DNA of 64,000 nt. Source: an uncultured Bdellovibrio sp. (GTDB taxonomy: Bacteria; Bdellovibrionota; Bdellovibrionia; Bdellovibrionales; Bdellovibrionaceae). The position numbers and the translations under genes were made by a program. The notes under the pieces were generated by a model. The model was not told the DNA's origin, did no database searches, and saw only the letters and a program-made list of their open reading frames with translations. The stretch lies in NCBI GenBank assembly GCA_963932905.1, contig CAWVRN010000011.1, forward strand, positions 1 through 64,000. The letters run 5' to 3'. Positions 57,124-64,000 of this stretch are shown piece by piece (positions within the stretch are counted from its first letter, which is position 1; each line of letters begins with the position of its first letter).

Positions 57124-58587
57124 ATGAAAAAACAAAACGACCTTCATGAGCGTATTCAAGCGACGCTCAAAAATATTTCGCTACTTCTTGAACCCATCAA
57201 AGAACTGATTCGAGGGATGAAAACCAATACCATTCCCTGGCACATATGCGCGGGTTGGACGGTGGGCTCTGTGTTGGTGCTCTTTTTTAAAATTGATCTA
57301 TTCGTTCTTAGCCATACACGGTTCAGTGGTCTGTACCCTTATCATCCAATCCTTTACAAGATTTATGCTTTTTCTTTTTCGACTTTAGGTTTTTGGGTTT
57401 GGGCCTGGGCCGAGGTCAGAAAGAAAAGAAACAAGCTTAAAATTCTCACTAATGCGTTAAAGAACGCCGGGCTTGAGTCAAAAATTGGCCGTCTTCCCAA
57501 TCTCATTTCAGATTATCCACTCGATCCTTTGACCCGAAAGATGCGTCTTACCAATGCAGGATTTCCGGTCTCAAGTTTTCGTGATCAGTCGAAGTATATT
57601 GAATCTGAACTTGGCGTTTTCATTGACGAGATCAAAGAAAATCGCGAAAGACGTGCTGTCGACATCATCTATTCGCATTTTCCAATGGCAAATGAGGTTT
57701 TGTATTCTCAAAATTCAACTGCACGTTCTTATGAATTTCTAGTAGGACAAACAAGAGCCCATGCAATCACGGCGACACTTCGAGATACGCCGCACTTGCT
57801 CGTGGCCGGACAAACGGGGGGTGGTAAGTCGACATTTCTTCGGCAATTGATCGTGCATCTTTATATTCATGAGAAGGGATGTAAATTTTTACTAATTGAT
57901 CTTAAAGGCGGTCTTGAGTTTTCGATGTTTGAAAATCGTAAGTCATTCGTAGTTGTTCCTCATGTGCTGGCGGCAGTTGAACAGCTTCAACATATTAATA
58001 CTCTACTTGATGAGCGAATGGTTTTCTTAAAAGAAAATCAATGCAAAGACATCGACAGCTATTTCAAAAAAGAAAAGAAGGCCGAAAAGCCTATCAATTT
58101 ATCACGCCAGATCGTGGTCGTTGATGAAGCTGCAGAAATGTTTTTGGCTGGTCATCACGCAAAGTCCATCGAGGTTCAAGCCGCTCGCGCCATCTTGAGT
58201 CGAATTGCGAGGCAAGGTCGAGCAGTTGGTATTCATATAATTGTGGCAACCCAGCGTCCTGATAGTCGATCACTTGATCCTCAGGTTAAAGCCAATCTCA
58301 CAGGTGTTATTTGTTTTCAAATGATGAACGATGCTTCAAGTATCGCGGTCCTAGGAAATGGACGTGCTACGGATCTGCCAAAAATTCCAGGTCGCGCTAT
58401 TTGGAAGAATGGAATCGAAATGATCGAAGTTCAAACTCCGTTTTTGTCTGTCGAAGCGGCAGAGATTCTTCTGGGTGCTCCAGACAATGTGCAGAAAGAT
58501 AAAACAAAAGACAGCCAAGACAATTCCAAATCGGTTTCTTGTTCGAGTGATGCTGACCAAACACTGGATCCATCCCTTACTGAATAA
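57124..58587 (+). CDS. FtsK/SpoIIIE-family DNA translocase / coupling protein
   Basis: Two N-terminal TMs; PHLLVAGQTGGGKS, IDLKGGLEF, VVVDEAAE, ARQGRAVGIH...ATQRP. Confidence 0.92.
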   Translation: MKKQNDLHERIQATLKNISLLLEPIKELIRGMKTNTIPWHICAGWTVGSVLVLFFKIDLFVLSHTRFSGLYPYHPILYKIYAFSFSTLGFWVWAWAEVRKKRNKLKILTNALKNAGLESKIGRLPNLISDYPLDPLTRKMRLTNAGFPVSSFRDQSKYIESELGVFIDEIKENRERRAVDIIYSHFPMANEVLYSQNSTARSYEFLVGQTRAHAITATLRDTPHLLVAGQTGGGKSTFLRQLIVHLYIHEKGCKFLLIDLKGGLEFSMFENRKSFVVVPHVLAAVEQLQHINTLLDERMVFLKENQCKDIDSYFKKEKKAEKPINLSRQIVVVDEAAEMFLAGHHAKSIEVQAARAILSRIARQGRAVGIHIIVATQRPDSRSLDPQVKANLTGVICFQMMNDASSIAVLGNGRATDLPKIPGRAIWKNGIEMIEVQTPFLSVEAAEILLGAPDNVQKDKTKDSQDNSKSVSCSSDADQTLDPSLTE

Positions 58588-58611
58588 TTTAGGCCGTCGA
58601 AAGGTACTTCA

Positions 58612-59493
58612 ATGAAAAATAAAAAACATTGTGAAATTACTGATCGTGATTACAAACTTCTGAGATTTCTCTGGAAATGGAAAGTAGTTTCAACTAAAGC
58701 CCTTGCAAAAAAGTTTTTCTATGAAGCCAATGCTTTCACAGCATATCGTCGTCTGCTTCACTTAGAAAGTGATGGATTCATTGGTGCCTATCCTGTTGAT
58801 GGACGATTCAATGAAGCGTGGATTTTGAAAGAAAAGGGATTCAAATATATTCTTCCGCATCTTGGAGATTTACAATCGAAGGGGTACAAGTCTGCGAATT
58901 ATCCCCACGACTTCTTGGCGACAGCTTTCCATCTCGGTGATTGGCTAACCCAGCAGCCAGGAAATACTCAAACCTACAGTGAACAGCAACTTCGGTGTTA
59001 TCCTGCGGACCTTTGGCCACCTTGGATACCGCGATCAGCACTGCATAGACCTGATGGGTATTCGGCGTATCAGTCGAGTGAAAAACGAGTCGTTGTTGCG
59101 TTTGAAGCCGAGATCTCACCCAAGGCCAAGAAACGTTATGAAAGAGTCGTTACTTTCTACGATAACCAACCCGGTATTCATTATGTCTTTTGGTTGGTTG
59201 ATTCAAAAGGCACGTTGAATAGTGTTCGACGTAATTTTGAAAAGCTTCAGGTGCGTGAGTGGTCCAAACACCAGTTCATTCTTCTCTCAGAATTTAAACA
59301 GAAAGGCTGGTTGGCTCAGTTTATTGAGGGCAAATCAACAGGTGGAAGCCCTTTTCAGTTTCTTTGTCCGAATCCACACTCAATCCCCCCTCAATCCTCA
59401 CTCAGCTGTGGGACCCTGGCACTTCTCGATTCCCGCAGAAGACCAATCAATTCAACAACCTGCCCCTTCAAGCCAAATGCCCAAAAAGCCTGA
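58612..59493 (+). CDS. Replication-relaxation (Replic_Relax) family protein
   Basis: ITDRD..LL..L winged-helix start, HD motif, RPDG...AFE.E...K...RY nuclease-like motif; directly after FtsK. Confidence 0.75.
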   Translation: MKNKKHCEITDRDYKLLRFLWKWKVVSTKALAKKFFYEANAFTAYRRLLHLESDGFIGAYPVDGRFNEAWILKEKGFKYILPHLGDLQSKGYKSANYPHDFLATAFHLGDWLTQQPGNTQTYSEQQLRCYPADLWPPWIPRSALHRPDGYSAYQSSEKRVVVAFEAEISPKAKKRYERVVTFYDNQPGIHYVFWLVDSKGTLNSVRRNFEKLQVREWSKHQFILLSEFKQKGWLAQFIEGKSTGGSPFQFLCPNPHSIPPQSSLSCGTLALLDSRRRPINSTTCPFKPNAQKA

Positions 59494-59620
59494 CATACTT
59501 AAGCAGCCTTATAGTCTGCTTGGTCCCGCTAAACCCTATCGCCTCCATATTACCAAACTCACTACCTATTCCTTTTAAAAAATAAAAGTCTCTAAACAAT
59601 TAAACTAAGGAAGTAAAGTT

Positions 59621-60025
59621 ATGGAGTTAAAAGAATTAGCGGCATTATTTGTTCTGCCCCTTTTACATAATGCCTGTTCAACTGCGCCAAAGTCAGTTCT
59701 CACTGGGGCCGTCATTGGTGGAGTGGCGGGCGCGGGTTTGGGCCAATCTCAAAATTCTCAAGCGACCGCCATTGGTGCATTGGTCGGAGCTGGTATTGGA
59801 TCTCTAATTGGTTACTCGGCATTTAACGATAAACAAAAAAAGTCGGTCGTCAATACTAGTGCTAAAAATGAAAACAAAAACGAAAGTACCGAGGATTACA
59901 CACCGTTTATCACAAGGCCTAAAATCAGATCTTATATTGTGCCCGATACCATTGAAGGAAACAAATTTATTAAATCCCACCGAATTTTCATCTTAGACGA
60001 CGCGGGGTCTTGGTCAAAAGACTGA
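59621..60025 (+). CDS. Glycine-zipper lipoprotein with TraV-like C-terminus
   Basis: Lipobox NAC; GAVIGGVAGAGLG zipper; P.IR.Y.VPD.IEG...I..H..F......W. Confidence 0.65.
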   Translation: MELKELAALFVLPLLHNACSTAPKSVLTGAVIGGVAGAGLGQSQNSQATAIGALVGAGIGSLIGYSAFNDKQKKSVVNTSAKNENKNESTEDYTPFITRPKIRSYIVPDTIEGNKFIKSHRIFILDDAGSWSKD

Positions 60026-60086
60026 TTCAGTTTAGCTAGTCAGAATAATTTTTTAAGAGACACGAATTTTTATCAAAGGACAATTC

Positions 60087-61448
60087 GTGAATTTTCAAAC
60101 ACACTTAGGCGACTCACTAGAAATTTTAAAAAAGATTCCCTCAAACTCTGTTGATTCTCTTGTTACTGATCCTCCTGCTGGAATTGGTCTGCTGGGTCTT
60201 GACTGGGATAAGGACAAGGGCGGAAGAAAAGAATGGATCGCATGGCTCACACGGATCATGACCGAGTGCCATCGTATTCTAAAACCCGGTGCTCATGGAT
60301 TTGTCTGGGCTATCCCGCGAACGTCCCACTGGACAGGAGCGGCGTTGGAAGATGCTGGCTTTCAGGTTAAGGATGTCATCACCCATATCTTTGGAAGTGG
60401 CTTTCCTAAAAGTGTTGCAATTGATAAGGCCATCGACCGAGCAAAATACACAAACACAGATGAGCTTTTCAAAGTGACCGATTGGATCAGATCACGACGC
60501 AATGAACTTGGCATCACCAACAAACAGCTCGATGAAATAGCCGGAGTTAAAGGCGGAGCTTGTCATTGGACAGCGAAACTTCCACATCGACAACCACACA
60601 TTCCAACAAAAGAGCGATGGGAAAAATTGGAAGCTGTTTTGGGTCCAGCACCAGATTGGGTGAACGGCATGATCAGGCCTTCCCATGAACTCGGTGAGAA
60701 TTGGTCCAAACGAAACGTTGTTGGGCAGTATAAAAAAGATGCAGGTGGAGTTGGAGGTGTGGCTTTTAAAAGTACACATAACAGTATGACCGAGCCAGTG
60801 TCAGATTTGTCAAAACCATGGCAAGGGTGGGGTACCGCTTTGAAGCCAGCAAGTGAACACTGGATTCTAGTCCAAAAACCAATTTCGGAGCATAATATTG
60901 CGGCCAACATATTAAAGCATAGAGTAGGCGGAATTAATATCGATGATTCTAGAATTCCCACAAAAGAAAAAATACCATCTACATCCAATTTAGATTTTAA
61001 AGACGGCAGGTTTATTTGGGAAACTGGAGAGCGAAGTCAAAACTCTGTTTATCATCAACACCCAAACGGGCGGTTCCCAGCTAATATCATTGTAACTAGA
61101 TCAAACGAACTAAACTGTCCCGCACGGATAATGAATGATCAAAGTGAACTTGAAACTGAGGTCGCAGGATATTTTAAAAATTTCAAACCTGAAGTTCCCT
61201 TCTTTTATAGTAAAAAGCCGAGTAAAGGTGAGCGAGGTGAAAACAATATTCATCCTACAGTAAAACCGCTCAGACTCATGCGGTACTTATGCAAAATGGT
61301 GACCCCTATGGATGGAACCGTGCTTGATCCTTTTATGGGATCGGGTACCACCGGTGTGGCAGCATTATTTGAGAAGTATAGTTTTATCGGAATCGAACGT
61401 GACGAGAATTATTTTAAAATCGCAAGAAATCGTTTAAAAGGAGTTTAA
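60087..61448 (+). CDS. Phage/ICE-type N4/N6 DNA methyltransferase with inserted HTH domain
   Basis: VTDPPAG, GSGFPKS, GWGTALKPA, GRFPAN, HPTVKP, LDPFMGSGTTG; internal WIRSRRNELGITNKQLDEIAG XRE-like HTH. Confidence 0.88.
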   Translation: MNFQTHLGDSLEILKKIPSNSVDSLVTDPPAGIGLLGLDWDKDKGGRKEWIAWLTRIMTECHRILKPGAHGFVWAIPRTSHWTGAALEDAGFQVKDVITHIFGSGFPKSVAIDKAIDRAKYTNTDELFKVTDWIRSRRNELGITNKQLDEIAGVKGGACHWTAKLPHRQPHIPTKERWEKLEAVLGPAPDWVNGMIRPSHELGENWSKRNVVGQYKKDAGGVGGVAFKSTHNSMTEPVSDLSKPWQGWGTALKPASEHWILVQKPISEHNIAANILKHRVGGINIDDSRIPTKEKIPSTSNLDFKDGRFIWETGERSQNSVYHQHPNGRFPANIIVTRSNELNCPARIMNDQSELETEVAGYFKNFKPEVPFFYSKKPSKGERGENNIHPTVKPLRLMRYLCKMVTPMDGTVLDPFMGSGTTGVAALFEKYSFIGIERDENYFKIARNRLKGV

Positions 61449-61449
61449 C

Positions 61450-61848
61450 ATGAGCGAAAATGAATTAGAAAAAAAGCCAAACCTGAAATATGAGCATATT
61501 GCCCTATCTGAAACTTCGAGTTTAAAAATTAATAACTGGTTAGATCAGGTCGCGCTAAAGAAAAAAGGTGTTAAGATAACCAGAAAACAATTTGTTAATT
61601 GGTTGATTGAAAAAATGCCTGATAATTTAAGCGGTGGCGATTTAGCATCACTTATTGATCGTTTCTATGACGAAGTGAAATTTTTACGGCATTTATTGCG
61701 CGAGGCAAATCAAGCTAAAGCCGAAGGCAAATCTGAAACCGGATACGAATTCGTGGTTAAAACTAAAAGACAGGAAGTTAAGCGCGAGCTAATTGAAGAC
61801 CAGTCCGAAGGGGATTCTGATCCTGTGTCTGAGTCCACGCTAAGGTAA
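61450..61848 (+). CDS. Hypothetical protein, possible DNA-binding regulator
   Basis: AGGAG RBS; co-oriented 1 nt after the MTase stop. Confidence 0.65.
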   Translation: MSENELEKKPNLKYEHIALSETSSLKINNWLDQVALKKKGVKITRKQFVNWLIEKMPDNLSGGDLASLIDRFYDEVKFLRHLLREANQAKAEGKSETGYEFVVKTKRQEVKRELIEDQSEGDSDPVSESTLR

Positions 61849-61879
61849 AAAAATCCGTTTTTAGAAAATTAAATCGATA

Positions 61880-61926
61880 CAAATTAAAAGCCCGATGTGC
61901 AGATGCACAAAGGGCTTTTTAATTTG
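61880..61926 (+). terminator. Long hairpin, probable intrinsic terminator
   Basis: CAAATTAAAAGCCC-GATGTGCA-GA-TGCACAAA-GGGCTTTTTAATTTG. Confidence 0.65.
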
Positions 61927-61982
61927 ATCTAAGCATAGCCATTTTAAGATGCACTGGACTCTTTTTCACAGAGAGTTAAATT

Positions 61983-62303
61983 ATGTCTAACGAAGAAATT
62001 TCGGATCTTGGGCGATATTGCAGTAAATGCAGTTCGTTTAAATCTTGGGATCATTTTGATAAAAAGTCGACGGGTATTAATGGAAGGCATAGTAGATGCA
62101 AATCATGTATAAAATTTCAAAAGAAAAAATGGTGGAGAAAGAAGAATACTCGAAAAATTTCATCGCCAGAGGTTTTGATATATTCCAAATCCGATTTAGA
62201 AATTTTAGAAATTCCTCTCATAGGTCAGGAAAAACGAGATTTAGAAAATATTTTCCGTCGCTTGATATTTCAATCTTTGATTTCAGAAAAGGAGAATAAG
62301 TAA
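61983..62303 (+). CDS. Small zinc-finger protein
   Basis: CSKC...K....F......G....CKSC, as found at the N-terminus of phage HNH/endonuclease VII proteins; stop overlaps the recombinase ATG. Confidence 0.7.
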   Translation: MSNEEISDLGRYCSKCSSFKSWDHFDKKSTGINGRHSRCKSCIKFQKKKWWRKKNTRKISSPEVLIYSKSDLEILEIPLIGQEKRDLENIFRRLIFQSLISEKENK

Positions 62304-64000
62304 TGAATTCAGAATTGTCGCCGATCGTAGGAAAAATGAAAATTGGCTGGGCATTGATTAGGGTGTCGACAAAAAATCAGGCCGAGGTTCAGCATGGATC
62401 GCTTGAACAACAGAGACATATGCTGGAAAGGTGGTCGACTCAGCAAAGTGAAGCTTCTGGCCGTCACTATGAAATTACAAGATTCTTTGAGGAAGATATT
62501 AGTGGTCGCGGAAAGGCCATCCATAAACGAATGGCCTTGATGGAAATAGATCGAGCCATCGAATCTAAAACAATCGATTTTATCGTTTTTGAAAAAGTGG
62601 ATCGGTTAGCTCGAGATATGATCTATAATTTGGGACTTGTAAAAAAGGCCCAGGAATATGGAGTGGAGGTTCACGAGTTTGAATCTGGTCAAATTGATCT
62701 AAGAGATCGTGGTAGTCGGTTAGGTTTTAATATTAAAAATCTCTTAGCCGAAGAATACAGTTTAGACCTTGAAGAAAAAATTACTAAAAAACAGAGGGAA
62801 GCAAGAGTCAATAATGGTAAAGATACGTCAACATGTCCAGTTTTAGGATTGGATGCTCATCCAGCTAAGAGAGGAATGTATGTCGTTAACAAAAACGAGC
62901 AAAAAATCGTAATCGATATTTTTAAGAAATTTGTCGAATGTGGATCTGTCAAAGAAACGTCGAAGTATTGTATTCAAAAAGGATATCGAAATAAAATTCG
63001 TCTTACGAAAGAAAAGGTGGATAAAAACGGAAATATTATTCCACCAAAACAAGTTGGAGGGGAACTGTTAGAACCTAGGCGGGTGCGGTATTTATTAAAC
63101 AATCAAAAAATCCGAGGCTATAGCTTTTTTCAAGATACCTGGAATCAATTCAAAAAAGAACAAAATGAAAAAGGGTTTGTGAGATGGGATTACCCACACG
63201 GACCAGTGGTTCCGTCGGAGTTATATGAGGAAGCTCAGCGCGTTTTGGGGAAGAATCAAAAATTTGATGCTCGAACGCGAGCTAGTGTGTATTTGCTGAC
63301 GGGAATATTGGAATATGAAGATGGGACTAGGTTTTCGGGAGCGGGTGCTGGCGGCAGAAATAGTCATTACGAGTATTATCATTGCCGAAAGCAAAAACTC
63401 CGAATACCAAAAACAAAAGTGGAAAACTTAATTCTAAAAAGAATTAAAGACTATATGAAAAACTCAGAACTGCTGACTAAACTTCTAGCCGATGTAAAAC
63501 CAATGGCTGAAATGGGAATACCATTTTTGAAAGAGGAAATACGGCAGATTAAGCAAAAGATCAATGACAACCGCAAAGTGATTGACGGTTTTACAAATTA
63601 CCTAAGACAGTCGGCGCTGACTGATCCGACCAACCTTGAAAAGGTAATTCGTACGATAAGTATAGAAAGGGATAAAGCCGAGACAGAAACTCAATTTTTA
63701 GAACGCGATTTGGTGAATAAAGAAAATCAACTCCGTGAGTTATCTTCTGAACATCAGGAGAAGGGTCTTCGGGATTACTTGGAACAAGTCTTGGAAAATT
63801 TTGACAACTTAGACGACAATAAAAAAAGGGAAATCATTCATACGATTATTCCTAAAATAGAAGTGGTTCCAAAGAACAAACTGCGCCTTCATATTCGCAC
63901 CGACTTTCGAGGTGATTCCAGAAAATGGAACGACGGCAAACGTAGCGAGTCAAATTTTGGGCATGAGGTAGCCTCCTACCGACCGCCGGTCGGCATGGAA
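62303..64000 (+). CDS. Large serine recombinase (integrase), partial, runs off the window end
   Basis: Not in the ORF track because it has no stop in the window. Manual translation MNSELSPIVGKMKIGWALIRVSTKNQ...SLEQQ...EEDISGRG...DRLARD; AAGGAG RBS; later YLLTGIL and coiled coil. Confidence 0.92.
   Translation, partial: MNSELSPIVGKMKIGWALIRVSTKNQAEVQHGSLEQQRHMLERWSTQQSEASGRHYEITRFFEEDISGRGKAIHKRMALMEIDRAIESKTIDFIVFEKVDRLARDMIYNLGLVKKAQEYGVEVHEFESGQIDLRDRGSRLGFNIKNLLAEEYSLDLEEKITKKQREARVNNGKDTSTCPVLGLDAHPAKRGMYVVNKNEQKIVIDIFKKFVECGSVKETSKYCIQKGYRNKIRLTKEKVDKNGNIIPPKQVGGELLEPRRVRYLLNNQKIRGYSFFQDTWNQFKKEQNEKGFVRWDYPHGPVVPSELYEEAQRVLGKNQKFDARTRASVYLLTGILEYEDGTRFSGAGAGGRNSHYEYYHCRKQKLRIPKTKVENLILKRIKDYMKNSELLTKLLADVKPMAEMGIPFLKEEIRQIKQKINDNRKVIDGFTNYLRQSALTDPTNLEKVIRTISIERDKAETETQFLERDLVNKENQLRELSSEHQEKGLRDYLEQVLENFDNLDDNKKREIIHTIIPKIEVVPKNKLRLHIRTDFRGDSRKWNDGKRSESNFGHEVASYRPPVGME

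Larger units (their letters stand above)
36138..64000. mobile_element. Integrative (mobilisable or decayed conjugative) element or composite island, right end outside the window
   Basis: Large serine recombinase at the right edge, FtsK plus replication-relaxation pair, VirB10 remnant, TraV-like lipoprotein, two MTases, defence and toxin cargo. The left boundary is inferred only. Confidence 0.65.

Noticed and set aside
62309..63052. Minus-strand ORFs 62309-62524 and 62843-63052
   Set aside because: Antisense to the large serine recombinase that the track omitted.

Overview
AT-rich bacterial chromosomal window, most likely from a Bdellovibrionota-type predator. This is inferred from the TIGR02147-type regulator, an 'FQNC' lipoprotein, a secreted trypsin and sigma28-like promoters. 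1-17 kb is a mix of housekeeping and envelope genes (trypsin, Ig-repeat lipoprotein, methyltransferase, tatA, DUF1993, Tgl-like transglutaminase, RNase HI, 3'-5' exonuclease, DEAD-box helicase). It also holds a compact divergon: a DedA-ATP-grasp fusion facing an operon of YHS, DoxX, a cysteine-dioxygenase/PLP-decarboxylase fusion, an ECF sigma and a zinc anti-sigma. Both arms carry the same TGTAA-N17-ACACT promoter-like motif. This divergon is the best candidate for an undescribed system, a stress-induced hypotaurine/taurine synthesis-and-conjugation pathway. 17-36 kb is accessory surface and signalling DNA (LysM-barrel plus FN3/LamG lipoprotein, Calx-beta/beta-helix protein, two PAS histidine kinases, a hydrolase, a TIGR02147 module) with several gene remnants. 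From about 36.1 kb to beyond the window end lies a decaying integrative element or island. It has a large serine recombinase at the right edge, FtsK plus a replication-relaxation protein, a truncated VirB10, two DNA methyltransferases, an Avs-like nuclease-STAND-TPR gene, a HEPN-motif ORF and a 2633-aa teneurin-like Rhs toxin with a candidate immunity lipoprotein. No CRISPR array, rRNA or intact tRNA was seen. All family calls come from motif recognition by eye; no database search was run.
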